From IMG/VR virus record IMGVR_UViG_3300022562_000053, positions 1 to 37,560 of that record: 37,560 nt of DNA. One strand, given 5' to 3'. Below are positions 1 to 9,259 of this stretch, piece by piece. Every line of letters begins with the position of its first letter. Within the stretch, counting starts at the first letter, position 1. The position numbers and the translations under genes were made by a program. Below the pieces are notes generated by a model that did not search any database, had not been told where the DNA came from, and saw only the letters and a list, made by a program, of their open reading frames with translations. Origin of the DNA: a virus. Its lineage: Duplodnaviria; Caudoviricetes.

Positions 1-819
1 AACTACGACTACGACGACAGTTGTATCCACGGCAAACTCTCTACGGCTGACACCCTCCGCTGTACGCATCAGGTCTCTGACACAGTCGATATCCCTGCCG
101 TAAGGATGCTTAAGGATGGGACCGTCCTTCGTGGTATCGACGGCTGGTATACATATGAAGCCCGAGACTTGTGGATGGCAAGACCCGGCAGAGTCCTTGT
201 CGGAACTGACGCCTCCGGCCTTGAACTCAGGATGCTGGCCCACTACTTGAATCGACCTGACTTTACCGACCAAGTCGTCAACGGCGATCCCCATCAGTAT
301 AACGCCGACGTCGTAGGCATAACCCGTCCTCAGGCCAAGACTTTGATTTATGCCATCATGTATGGGGCAGCCGCACCAAAGATTGCAGCCACCCTAAAGG
401 TATCAGTCAAGGAAGGTGCCTACGTCAGGACTATGTTCCTAGAAAAGCTAGGGCTTAAGGATTTGATTGATGAATGCCAAAGAGAACAAAAAATGGGGAG
501 GATCGAACTGGTCGATGGATCGCAAGTCATCTGTCCATCACCTCACGCAGCTCTCAACTATAAACTACAAGGTGGTGGTGCCCGCGTCATGGCCTACAGT
601 TCTATCTTAGCAGATATACAAGTAAGAAAGAAAGGATGGGACGTCTTAAAAGTAGGTGACATCCATGACGAAGACCAGACAGATAGTGCCATCGATTGTG
701 CCGATTCTTTTGGTAAGATGAGAGTATGGTCGATTCAAGAAGCAGGGAGGAGACTTGAACTTAATGTCCCGCTCGATGCCGAATATAAAATTGGGAACAC
801 ATGGGCCGAAACCCATTGA
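1..819 (+). CDS. polA: Family A DNA polymerase, C-terminal part (5' truncated by window edge)
   Basis: Frame 1 is open from base 1. Motif A DASGLELRMLAHY, motif B RPQAKTLIYAIMYG, motif C DIHDE, and T7-like C-terminus GNTWAETH. Confidence 0.95.
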   Translation, partial: NYDYDDSCIHGKLSTADTLRCTHQVSDTVDIPAVRMLKDGTVLRGIDGWYTYEARDLWMARPGRVLVGTDASGLELRMLAHYLNRPDFTDQVVNGDPHQYNADVVGITRPQAKTLIYAIMYGAAAPKIAATLKVSVKEGAYVRTMFLEKLGLKDLIDECQREQKMGRIELVDGSQVICPSPHAALNYKLQGGGARVMAYSSILADIQVRKKGWDVLKVGDIHDEDQTDSAIDCADSFGKMRVWSIQEAGRRLELNVPLDAEYKIGNTWAETH

Positions 820-893
820 TTATTACATCAGAATGAGAGATGTAACCAAGATAAATCTTGAGTTTTATAATAATAAGATAAAGGAACTCAGAC

Positions 894-1271
894 ATGCCGA
901 GAGTCTTCAGAGAAGACAGAGACAAAAGGAATAAAAGAACTAGGGATTGGCATAGAGACAATCCACAAAGAAGCTATCTCTTGGCTGCAAAGAAAAGAGC
1001 TAAAGAGGTTGGAGTTCCTTTTAATTTAGATGAAACTGATATTATTTTTCCTAAAAAATGTCCAGCCCTAGGCATAGATATATCATTAGTAAAGACTGAT
1101 AGACCTAGAAAAAGGACAGACAACACTCCTTCTTTAGATAGGATTGTACCTTAGCTAGGCTATGTAAAAGGAAACGTCAGAATTATTTCATGGAGGGCTA
1201 ATAGACTCAAGAGTAATGCCACTATTGAGGAACTAAAAAATATTGTAAAATATCTTGAAAATAGTTCTTGA
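894..1271 (+). pseudogene. HNH-type endonuclease interrupted by an in-frame TAG (1152-1154)
   Basis: CPALG...PSLDRIVP*LGYVKGNVRIISWRANRLKSNAT continues in frame to TGA at 1269-1271, matching the SLDRI..xGY.xGNV..IS..AN..K HNH pattern. AT-rich relative to flanks. Confidence 0.85.
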
Positions 1272-1295
1272 CTTTTTCTGAAAATATGGTATAAT
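1268..1295 (+). promoter_or_regulatory. Sigma70-type promoter upstream of SSB
   Basis: TTGACT-16 nt-TATAAT with extended -10 TG. Confidence 0.8.
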
Positions 1296-1358
1296 ATAGG
1301 TATAGGGTAAAAGGAATTACCTTATCAAAGAAAAACTAAAAGAAAGGACCATAAATAT

Positions 1359-1907
1359 ATGGCAGATTTTACTACGGTGTTCGTTTCCGGTAAGGTTTAC
1401 TGGGCGAAGGTATTTGTACCAGTGATGAACTACGAGGGTACTGGCAAGGAATGGACGATGGATTTCGTCCCCGACGACGTATCCTTCCTTAAGGAGCATA
1501 AGCTTCTTGATCGTCTGAAGGAAAACGATAGCATCCCCGGAGATTTCATCAAGCTTCGTAAGCCGACTGAGACGAAGGATGGTGAGAAGAACGACCCCAT
1601 CCGTGTCTATAACGAGGACAACGAACCTTGGCCTGAGAACACCCTCATCGGTAACGGCTCTGACGTAGACGTCAAGCTAACAGTCGCCGACTGGGGTAAG
1701 GGCAAGAAGAAGAGTATCTGGATCAAGTCGATGCGTGTCACCGATCTGGTTCCTTATGTCTCTAACGAGTTTTCCGCTATGGACAAGGCCAAGAAGGCTG
1801 ATACCGCTGGTGAGGAATTCGTCTCTGAGGAGTCTCCGCTGACTCCTAAGAAGAAGACTACAAAGAAGTCTATTCCTGACGATCTCGACGACGACTTGCC
1901 GTTCTGA
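1359..1907 (+). CDS. ssb: Single-stranded DNA-binding protein (T7 gp2.5-like)
   Basis: IGNGSDVDV motif, acidic tail ending DDLDDDLPF, position after the DNA polymerase. Confidence 0.85.
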   Translation: MADFTTVFVSGKVYWAKVFVPVMNYEGTGKEWTMDFVPDDVSFLKEHKLLDRLKENDSIPGDFIKLRKPTETKDGEKNDPIRVYNEDNEPWPENTLIGNGSDVDVKLTVADWGKGKKKSIWIKSMRVTDLVPYVSNEFSAMDKAKKADTAGEEFVSEESPLTPKKKTTKKSIPDDLDDDLPF

Positions 1908-2020
1908 TACCAACCCCTGCCCTATGTACCACAATCCGGTGACGGGGAATGAGAGGATAAACGTAATAGTCAGGGCCTCTCCTTTTAAAGCTCGCAGACT
2001 CGCTTGTGAGAAGGAATGTA

Positions 2021-2866
2021 ATGAAAAAGCTTGATACACTGATAGAAGACATCTACGACTTGTTCGACCCAACGAAAGAGCATGTCGTATCAGAGGATAA
2101 CCTCGACGTCTTCGCAGACAACCTGAAAGAGCTTATCAGAGAAAGATTCAAGGAGAGGGTAGAACCTGAGTCACCTCTTCGTTTCTCTTCCTTGGGTAAG
2201 CCCAACCGTCAGATGTGGTTTGAAGCCCATCCAGACGGAACCAAGGAAGGTATGGATGCAAAGACATATCTTAAATTCATGTACGGAGACGTCATAGAAC
2301 AACTCCTGCTATTGCTTGCAAAGGAGGCTGGTCATTCAGTCGAACAAGAACAAGGCGAGGTTGAAGTCCTCGGTGTCAAGGGCCACATTGACGCAGTCAT
2401 TGATGGTGTCGTTGTGGATGTCAAGTCGGCATCTCCTTACGGATATAAAAAGTTCGAACAGCAGAGGGTAACAGAAGATGACCCATTCGGGTATGTCGCC
2501 CAGCTCTCTGGATACTCCAACGTACTCACTCCGGGAGAGGATGCGGCTTGGCTGGCACAGGAAAAGGTGTCAGGCGATCTTTGCGTTAGCCCTCTTCCTT
2601 ATATGGTTATCAAACACCACGATCCTCAGGAGCGTATCAAAGAACTCAAGGAGGTGATGGCCCTTGAAGAGCCGCCTGAGTTGTGTCAAGAGCCTATCCC
2701 AGACGGAAAGAGCGGTAACATGAAGTTGCCTACGCTGTGTTCTTACTGTCCTCATAAGTGGCGCTGTCATCCCTCTCTGAGGGGTTTCGCCTACAGCAGT
2801 GGACCACGATATCTAACAACCGTCGTGAAGACGCCAGACGTGCCGGAGTTTACTAATGAAGGTTGA
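2021..2866 (+). CDS. PD-(D/E)XK exonuclease (Cas4/RecB-like)
   Basis: GHIDAVIDGVVVDVKS, QLSGY and C-terminal CSYCPHKWRC. ATG at 2021 follows an AAGGA SD. Confidence 0.85.
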   Translation: MKKLDTLIEDIYDLFDPTKEHVVSEDNLDVFADNLKELIRERFKERVEPESPLRFSSLGKPNRQMWFEAHPDGTKEGMDAKTYLKFMYGDVIEQLLLLLAKEAGHSVEQEQGEVEVLGVKGHIDAVIDGVVVDVKSASPYGYKKFEQQRVTEDDPFGYVAQLSGYSNVLTPGEDAAWLAQEKVSGDLCVSPLPYMVIKHHDPQERIKELKEVMALEEPPELCQEPIPDGKSGNMKLPTLCSYCPHKWRCHPSLRGFAYSSGPRYLTTVVKTPDVPEFTNEG

Positions 2867-3479
2867 TTACATCTCTCATATGGGTGACGACCTGATGGTT
2901 GTCAACGCCGCCCGTGTCTCGTTTAATAAAAACAAGAAAGAGTTTGAGGAGGCAGACTCCAAGCTTCTTAAGTACCTTGCAAAGAACGGGCACTGGACAC
3001 CTTTCAGCCATCCCCAGATCACTCTCCGTATCAAAGCTCCTATCTTCGTAGCCCGACAACTATTCAAACATAAAGTGGGTATGACGGAAAACGAAGTCTC
3101 TCGTCGATACGTCGATGACGAACCCGAGTTCTTTGTGCCCAAGGTATGGCGAGGCCGTCCAACTGATGGAGTCAAACAAGGATCGTCAGATGTTGTAATC
3201 TCAGATAAGATGAGAGGTTACGAAGTATTCCTTGAATATGCACTACATCATTACACCACTCTTATCAGAGAGGGTGTTGCACCTGAACAGGCTAGGATGG
3301 TATTGCCTCAGAGCATGTACACGGAATGGTACTGGACGGGATCGCTGGCGTCTTATGCCCGTATCTGTCTCCTTCGACTAGACAGCCATGCCCAGAGTGA
3401 GACCCGAGATGTAGCCACGATGATTGACGACATCATCAAACCCCTTTTTCCTGTATCGTGGGAGGCGCTGCTTGAGTGA
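2856..3479 (+). CDS. thyX: FAD-dependent thymidylate synthase
   Basis: VVNAARVSF, HWTPF, ARQLFKHKVG..NEVSRRY, EQARMVLP, LRLDSHAQSE. Confidence 0.95.
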   Translation: MKVDYISHMGDDLMVVNAARVSFNKNKKEFEEADSKLLKYLAKNGHWTPFSHPQITLRIKAPIFVARQLFKHKVGMTENEVSRRYVDDEPEFFVPKVWRGRPTDGVKQGSSDVVISDKMRGYEVFLEYALHHYTTLIREGVAPEQARMVLPQSMYTEWYWTGSLASYARICLLRLDSHAQSETRDVATMIDDIIKPLFPVSWEALLE

Positions 3480-4233
3480 TAAAATTTTTAAGACTTGTAG
3501 CAAATGCGGGGAAGAAAGAGATAGAAACCTTTTTCCTAATGAAACAAAAAGGAAAGATGGTAAATATCCTTGGTGCAAAGAATGTTTGTCAGAACATCGT
3601 AAATCTAGGTACAAACGAGTACCAAGAAAAGTCTGGCTAGAGCAGAAAGTATGCTCAAAATGTAAAGAATGGAAACCTAGAGAAGAGTTTAGAAAGTACT
3701 CTAATAATAATCTACACTATAAGTGTATAGACTGTGAAGATTTAGAGAAACAACATGAGGACAACGGTGTATGCGAATGTTCTAGTTGTCACAAAGTCAA
3801 ACCAATTAGTGAGTTTTACAAATCACGAGTAAAGAAAACTTCTAAACAATGTATAGAATGTCATAAACTCTATCATAAGAGAGATGATATTAGAGAACGA
3901 CGACGAGACTCTTCTTTACAGAAGTATTTTGGCATTTCCTTAAAAGACTACAAGGACTTATTGAAAAAACAAAACCATAAATGTCCAATATGCCTTGTAG
4001 CTTTTGAGGAAAACAATTACTCATACCCTGTAGATCATGCCCATTCAGGTCCTAATGAAGGTGTTATTAGAGCCATTCTTCATGATAGATGCAATAGGTT
4101 TGTTATGTGGAAACATACTGATCCTGAGCAACTTAGAAGGGCAGCTGACTTAATCGAAAACCCACTTACATCTTTATATGTACCAGAAGAATTTATTAAA
4201 GGACGTAAGAAGCCTAGAAAGAAGAAAAAATGA
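3472..4233 (+). CDS. Endonuclease VII-family nuclease with three N-terminal zinc-binding repeats
   Basis: C-terminal QNHKCPIC...VDHAH...IRAILHDRCN, three CxxC...CxxC units. TTG start at 3472 lies 6 nt after GGAGG. AT-rich. Confidence 0.8.
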   Translation: MSDKIFKTCSKCGEERDRNLFPNETKRKDGKYPWCKECLSEHRKSRYKRVPRKVWLEQKVCSKCKEWKPREEFRKYSNNNLHYKCIDCEDLEKQHEDNGVCECSSCHKVKPISEFYKSRVKKTSKQCIECHKLYHKRDDIRERRRDSSLQKYFGISLKDYKDLLKKQNHKCPICLVAFEENNYSYPVDHAHSGPNEGVIRAILHDRCNRFVMWKHTDPEQLRRAADLIENPLTSLYVPEEFIKGRKKPRKKKK

Positions 4234-4940
4234 ACAAACCGAAGATACTCTTTTTTGATATTGAGTGGCGTCCTGCCCAAGCCTACGTCTGGAGGATGTA
4301 TGACGAGAATGTAGGACCAGACCAGCTAATAGATGCCGGAGGACTCCTTTGTTTCTCCGCCCTCTGGGAAGGCAACACCAAGCCTATCTTCTACGCCGAC
4401 TGGACTGTCGGTCATTCCGAAATGGTTCGTCAGTTGCATTCTCTATTCGAAGAGGCTGATGTCTTGGTGACATATAACGGAGATAAGTACGACATCCCTA
4501 AAGCTATGGGCGAATTCGTCCTAGAGGGTTTGTCTCCTCCGCCTCCTCCGACGAGTATCGACCTACTCAAGACTGTAAAGAAGTTCGGCTTCGTAATGAA
4601 TAGGTTGGCATTTATCGGACCCTTCATGAAGATTGGTAAGAAGATCAAGAACGAAGGCTTCCCCCTATGGAAAGCAGTCATCGACGGAGAAGAGAAGGCA
4701 CAGAAGAGGATGGAACGATACTGCATCCAAGACTCTAAGCTTCTTGTAACTCTCTACCATAAGATCAAGCCCTATATCAAAAACCATCCCTACCTAGGTG
4801 ATCGTGGTGCTTGTGGTGCCTGTGATGGTCGTGTACTCCACTCTAGGGGTTATCGCCGGACTAAGAACTTCCGTATCCAGCGTTTGCAGTGTCAGACCTG
4901 TGGGTCATGGCAGGACGGTAAACGGGAGAAGATGACGTGA
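4230..4940 (+). CDS. DnaQ/RNase H-like 3'-5' exonuclease with C-terminal zinc ribbon
   Basis: FFDIE, YNGDKYDIP, YCIQD (DEDDy pattern), CGAC...CQTCG. Confidence 0.85.
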   Translation: MNKPKILFFDIEWRPAQAYVWRMYDENVGPDQLIDAGGLLCFSALWEGNTKPIFYADWTVGHSEMVRQLHSLFEEADVLVTYNGDKYDIPKAMGEFVLEGLSPPPPPTSIDLLKTVKKFGFVMNRLAFIGPFMKIGKKIKNEGFPLWKAVIDGEEKAQKRMERYCIQDSKLLVTLYHKIKPYIKNHPYLGDRGACGACDGRVLHSRGYRRTKNFRIQRLQCQTCGSWQDGKREKMT

Positions 4941-5104
4941 CAGATAAGGATGTATATGTCATCCGTCAATCTGAGAGTGGGGATTATTACATAGTCCCCC
5001 TCGATAAGGCCGACCAGTTCTGGGAAGACGAACTAGAAGGAGATGCCGACTACGCCCAGTACATCGATCTCAACGAACTACAAATTTACGACTACGAGGT
5101 ATAA
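4937..5104 (+). CDS. Small acidic hypothetical protein (55 aa, not in ORF track)
   Basis: GTG overlaps the upstream TGA, and TAA abuts the next ATG: MTDKDVYVIRQSESGDYY...YDYEV. Confidence 0.65.
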   Translation: MTDKDVYVIRQSESGDYYIVPLDKADQFWEDELEGDADYAQYIDLNELQIYDYEV

Positions 5105-5461
5105 ATGACTACTAAGGAATTCACTAATGACTCGCAAGACAAAATCGCCAAGGGTGCAATCAAGTACGACGGCGGTAAGTCACCAGTATATCGCGGAGCA
5201 ATTTCTTACTTCCCTCGCGCAATTCGAGAGGTTGCTGCCATCTCAGGTTTTGGAGCATCTAAGTATGCTTGGAAAGGATGGGAGTCCGTCGATGACGGAA
5301 TTAACCGATACTCTGACGCAATGGTACGACACCTTATCGCTGAAGGATCAGGAGAAGATGTGGACCCTGATAGTGGACTTCTTCATGCTGCCCACGTCGC
5401 ATGGGGTGCCCTCGCGCGTCTCGAACTGATCCTCAGGGAGAGGAATGATGAAACAAACTAA
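5105..5461 (+). CDS. dATP/dGTP diphosphohydrolase-like protein (DUF5664 family)
   Basis: KYDGGK, FGASKY..GW, RYSDAMVRHL, DPDSGLLHAAHVAW. Confidence 0.85.
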   Translation: MTTKEFTNDSQDKIAKGAIKYDGGKSPVYRGAISYFPRAIREVAAISGFGASKYAWKGWESVDDGINRYSDAMVRHLIAEGSGEDVDPDSGLLHAAHVAWGALARLELILRERNDETN

Positions 5462-5996
5462 GACATGCATCTCTACCAAAGATGGAGAATTCTTTGACTT
5501 TTATAACCCCAAAGGGTATGACTTCCAGATTGAAACGATTGCTCATGCTCTGTCTAACATATGTCGCTATGGCGGCCATTCTGATTTCTTTTACTCGGTG
5601 GCCGAGCATAGTGTCTTGGTCAGTAAAATCGTTCCTGCTGATCTGGCTTTGTGCGGGCTTCTACATGACGCTTCGGAGGCCTTTGTCGGAGACATGCCCT
5701 CTCCTCTCAAGAAGCTATGCCCTGACTATCGAAAGATTGAAGAATCTGTTCAGGCTGAAGTAGCTCGTAAGTTTGGGTTGCCTTACCCATTCCCTGAGGA
5801 AATCCATAGGGCGGACAAAGAGGTATATCTTGCAGAACGTCTGAGGGTTACTCCGTCTGCTCCAAAGGACAAGCTATGGCATACACATCTCAAGCCTGCC
5901 TCGGTAGACATAAAGATGTACTGGCCGTGGGCAGCCAAGGCTAAGTTCCTAGAGAGATATTACGAACTAATTCAGGTAGACGAGATGGCGGCGTGA
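5445..5996 (+). CDS. HD-domain phosphohydrolase (YfbR/YfdR-like deoxynucleotidase)
   Basis: IAHALSNICRYGGH..YSVAEHS, LLHDASEAFVGDMPSPLK, AD. Confidence 0.85.
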   Translation: MMKQTKTCISTKDGEFFDFYNPKGYDFQIETIAHALSNICRYGGHSDFFYSVAEHSVLVSKIVPADLALCGLLHDASEAFVGDMPSPLKKLCPDYRKIEESVQAEVARKFGLPYPFPEEIHRADKEVYLAERLRVTPSAPKDKLWHTHLKPASVDIKMYWPWAAKAKFLERYYELIQVDEMAA

Positions 5997-6145
5997 TGGT
6001 CTCTATCCATCGACTAGACGACAAACAAAAGAGACGGGCCAGAAGGGAATACCATAAGGCCCGTGACTCCTATAATAAAAAGAATAACCGGAGGAATAAT
6101 GTCAAAGAAGAACGCAATCGACAAGAATATCGAGACATGGACTGA
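5996..6145 (+). CDS. Small basic hypothetical protein (49 aa, not in ORF track)
   Basis: TGATG coupling with the HD gene: MVSIHRLDDKQKRRARREYHK...RDMD. Confidence 0.45.
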   Translation: MVSIHRLDDKQKRRARREYHKARDSYNKKNNRRNNVKEERNRQEYRDMD

Positions 6146-6353
6146 CGAAGAAGTGCTTAATCAGATTCTGAAGTTCTCTCCTAGGGTGGTGTTTGATTCT
6201 GAGTTTGTTCAGGATCAGGAAACAGGTATGGTTACTCACCAGATTCTTATCATCCGTAGTGGTGAGAAGTTCGTGATGTCAGAGCCTCAGCAACTCGACT
6301 GGCCTCTACAGCCTATGCCCGTCCCAGAGGCATTCGAAGGGAAGTTGAATTGA
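6099..6353 (+). CDS. Hypothetical protein
   Basis: ATG at 6099 after GGAGGA, coupled to the next gene. Confidence 0.7.
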   Translation: MSKKNAIDKNIETWTDEEVLNQILKFSPRVVFDSEFVQDQETGMVTHQILIIRSGEKFVMSEPQQLDWPLQPMPVPEAFEGKLN

Positions 6354-6556
6354 ACGGAAATACAGTACAAATCTTTCTTGGTGAAGGAGAAGACCTAAGG
6401 CTTTATATCACGTATGGTCTTGACCGAGAGATGGATATGAAGCTAGACAAAGACGAAGCCGAAGTAGTTGACGCCCTTCTAGATGATCCTAATTTTTGGG
6501 TGATGTTCCTTGGTTCTATCAGCGCCGCCCTAGGAAGGGAGATGCCTCGTGAGTAA
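6350..6556 (+). CDS. Hypothetical protein
   Basis: TTGA overlap with the previous stop, overlaps the RNR start. Confidence 0.6.
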   Translation: MNGNTVQIFLGEGEDLRLYITYGLDREMDMKLDKDEAEVVDALLDDPNFWVMFLGSISAALGREMPRE

Positions 6557-8468
6557 TCCTTTTCCTTCAGTGTACGAGGAATTCATCTATAAGAGTAGGT
6601 ATGCCCGATGGCTTGAAGATAAGAATCGCCGAGAAGACTGGGACGAGACCGTTAAACGTCTGGTAGATTATTACGGCAAGCAGGTTGGTTGGGCAGGAAC
6701 TGTAGGTGACTGGGAAGATATCTACTCAGCCATCTATGGTTTGGAGGTTATGCCCTCGATGAGGGCGTTGATGACTGCCGGTCCTGCACTTGATAGATGT
6801 CATGTCCCTGCCTATAACTGTGCCTATCTTCCTGTAGATAGCCCCCGCTCATTCGATGAGGCGATGTACATCCTTATGTGTGGCACAGGAGTAGGCTACT
6901 CAGTAGAGAGTAAGTATGTCGATCAGCTACCACAGATTTCAGAAACTTTTGAAAAGACAGACACCACTATTTCAGTCGCTGATAGTAAAGAGGGCTGGGC
7001 CAAATCTTTCCGCGAGTTGGTCTCACTACTCATTGCTGGTCAAGTCCCAAAATGGGATATGTCAAAGGTACGACCTGCGGGAGCTAGACTCAAGACGTTT
7101 GGAGGACGAGCTTCGGGGCCAGAGCCACTTATCGATCTATTCGAATTTGCGGTCAGGGTTTTCACTGGAGCGGCTGGTCGTCGTCTGACTACTCTGGAGT
7201 GTCATGACCTGATGTGCAAGGTTGCTGACGTCGTAGTAGTAGGTGGGGTACGTCGTAGTGCTATGATCGCACTCTTCGACTGTCTGGACGAGAGGATGTC
7301 CAAGGCTAAGACAGGGGCGTGGTGGGAAGGGTACGGCCCTCGTCGTCTTGCCAACAACAGCGCAGTCTATGAACGACGTCGTCCTGACGCCGGTTTCTTT
7401 ATGAAGAAATGGAGAGAGTTGTATGACAGCAAGAGCGGAGAGCCGGGACTTTTCTCCCGCTATGCTTGCCAAGGCGTTGCAGCCCGAAGTGGACGCCGTG
7501 ACGGGACATTTGAATTCGGTACTAACCCTTGTTCAGAAATCATCCTACGACCCTTCCAGTTCTGTAACCTTACTGAAATCGTTGTCCGAGATACAGACGA
7601 CATTAAGACTCTTAAACGAAAGGCTAGGATTGCTGCAATTCTTGGTACTATCCAAAGCTCCTTAACAGACTTCAAGTACCTGAGAAAGAAATGGAAGGAT
7701 ACATGTGACGAAGAACGATTGTTGGGAGTATCTCTCACAGGGGTTTGTGATAACCTCGGAGTGTTGGGAAATGCTGACGTCCTTATTGAAGTACGGAACG
7801 AAGTCATTCGAGTCAACAACGAGTGGGCAAGTCTTCTTGGGATTAATCCTAGTACTGCCACAACTTGTGTCAAGCCTAGTGGCACTGTCTCTCAGTTGGT
7901 TAATAGTAGCAGTGGCCTCCATAGTCGTCATTCTCCTTTCTATCTACGAACTGTCAGGGCGGACAATAAAGACCCTCTCACAGTATTTCTCAAGGAAGAA
8001 GGAGCCTACTGGGAAGAAGACGCAATGGCTAGAGACAGTACGTCGATCTTTTACTTCCCTATCAAATCTCCTGAAGGGGCAGTAACTCGTGAAGACCAGA
8101 CTGCCCTTGAGGTTCTTGAGCTGTGGAAGCATCTTCAGGATAATTGGTGTGAGCATAAACCTTCGGCGACTATCAACGTCAAGGAAGGGGAATGGCTCGA
8201 TGTCGGGGCTTGGGTTTACAAGAATTTCGACACTCTATCTGGGGTGAGTTTCCTTCCTTATGATGGAGGCTCTTACAAGCAGGCACCCTATCAAGAACTG
8301 ACTGAAGAGGAATACAATGCGTGGATCGAAGACCACCCAATGCCTGAGATTGATTGGTCTCGGCTACAAGCTTACGAGACGGAAGACCATACGACTGGTT
8401 CGCAAGAGCTGGCTTGTACTGGTGGAGTTTGTGAAATCGTTAGTATAGGAGATGTCAAAGATGGATGA
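6549..8468 (+). CDS. nrdJ: Class II (adenosylcobalamin-dependent) ribonucleotide reductase
   Basis: AYNC, VVVGGVRRSA, GTNPCSEI, CNLTE, TCVKPSGT, C-terminal CTGGVCE. No beta subunit adjacent. Confidence 0.92.
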   Translation: MSNPFPSVYEEFIYKSRYARWLEDKNRREDWDETVKRLVDYYGKQVGWAGTVGDWEDIYSAIYGLEVMPSMRALMTAGPALDRCHVPAYNCAYLPVDSPRSFDEAMYILMCGTGVGYSVESKYVDQLPQISETFEKTDTTISVADSKEGWAKSFRELVSLLIAGQVPKWDMSKVRPAGARLKTFGGRASGPEPLIDLFEFAVRVFTGAAGRRLTTLECHDLMCKVADVVVVGGVRRSAMIALFDCLDERMSKAKTGAWWEGYGPRRLANNSAVYERRRPDAGFFMKKWRELYDSKSGEPGLFSRYACQGVAARSGRRDGTFEFGTNPCSEIILRPFQFCNLTEIVVRDTDDIKTLKRKARIAAILGTIQSSLTDFKYLRKKWKDTCDEERLLGVSLTGVCDNLGVLGNADVLIEVRNEVIRVNNEWASLLGINPSTATTCVKPSGTVSQLVNSSSGLHSRHSPFYLRTVRADNKDPLTVFLKEEGAYWEEDAMARDSTSIFYFPIKSPEGAVTREDQTALEVLELWKHLQDNWCEHKPSATINVKEGEWLDVGAWVYKNFDTLSGVSFLPYDGGSYKQAPYQELTEEEYNAWIEDHPMPEIDWSRLQAYETEDHTTGSQELACTGGVCEIVSIGDVKDG

Positions 8469-8697
8469 CCAATACGAATTCGATACCTATTATTATGGTC
8501 CAGACGTAGCCGAGAAGATCAGGCAACATAGGATGGGTGTTAGGTCTATGGTTGATACTGCAACTGTTAAATCGCCTGATACCAATCTTCGAGAACGTAT
8601 CGTATCAGAGCTAGTTCGTAATGTCTATGAACTCGACGATACCGAAGGCCTTCTAATGGCTGCACGTAAGATCGAAAATTACATCCTTCATGGATAA
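8452..8697 (+). CDS. Hypothetical protein
   Basis: ORF overlapping the RNR end and closing at the terminator (start may be 8461). Confidence 0.65.
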   Translation: MSKMDDQYEFDTYYYGPDVAEKIRQHRMGVRSMVDTATVKSPDTNLRERIVSELVRNVYELDDTEGLLMAARKIENYILHG

Positions 8698-8698
8698 C

Positions 8699-8735
8699 AA
8701 AAAAGGCCCAAGGGAGAAATCCCAAGGGCCTTTTT
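8699..8735. terminator. Bidirectional rho-independent terminator
   Basis: AAAAAAGGCCC-AA-GGGA-GAAA-TCCC-AA-GGGCCTTTTT between convergent operons. Confidence 0.9.
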
Positions 8736-8740
8736 CTTTG

Positions 8741-9259
8741 TCAAATTTTCTGCCAATTCTTAGGAGGTATATGTACATCCTGATTCTTTTGTTCTTGTTT
8801 TGGTTTGCTAGGAATAATTGACTTGACGGCTCCGCCGATGGCACCAGTGACTGTCTTAACCATCGGTTGTGAGATACCATCAGTGGCTACTCCTTGGACC
8901 TTCTCATAAGAACGCATAGCACCCAAGCCTAGCATACCCATCAATACAGTCTGGATAAAACCAGTCTCAGGCGGGACTAGGTGGAAGGCAGGTGCGATCA
9001 CCGAAGCGTAGAGGAAAGCACAACCACTGCCCCAGCCAATAAAAGGTCTCCACCCTGCAACAAAAACTGACGGATGGGCAGCTTCAACCTTATTGACATC
9101 GATCTGGCCCATAAGTTCGTCATGATATCGGGCATTGGCTTGATCCTCTAGTCGCTGTAGTTCGAGTTTGATTTCGTTCTTTTTGTCGGCATCAGGGATT
9201 GCCTTCTCGATAATACCTGTGACACCACTGATGATATCACCAATTATAGGAATACCCAT
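8741..9259 (-). CDS. Holin (3TM / GTA-type holin family)
   Basis: IPDADKK...FVAGWRPFIGW...GMLGLGAMRSYEK, adjacent to the endolysin. Confidence 0.8.
   Translation of the reverse strand: MGIPIIGDIISGVTGIIEKAIPDADKKNEIKLELQRLEDQANARYHDELMGQIDVNKVEAAHPSVFVAGWRPFIGWGSGCAFLYASVIAPAFHLVPPETGFIQTVLMGMLGLGAMRSYEKVQGVATDGISQPMVKTVTGAIGGAVKSIIPSKPKQEQKNQDVHIPPKNWQKI

Noticed and set aside
894-1271. Genome-wide TAG recoding
   Set aside because: No other gene, including very long ones, is interrupted by TAG, and the only tRNA seen has a UAU rather than CUA anticodon.
1925-2035. 36-codon ORF between ssb and the exonuclease
   Set aside because: No ribosome-binding site or coupling at its start.
6549-8468. 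Intein or intron in the RNR, polymerase or terminase
   Set aside because: The ORFs are continuous, of normal length, and show no splice-junction motifs.
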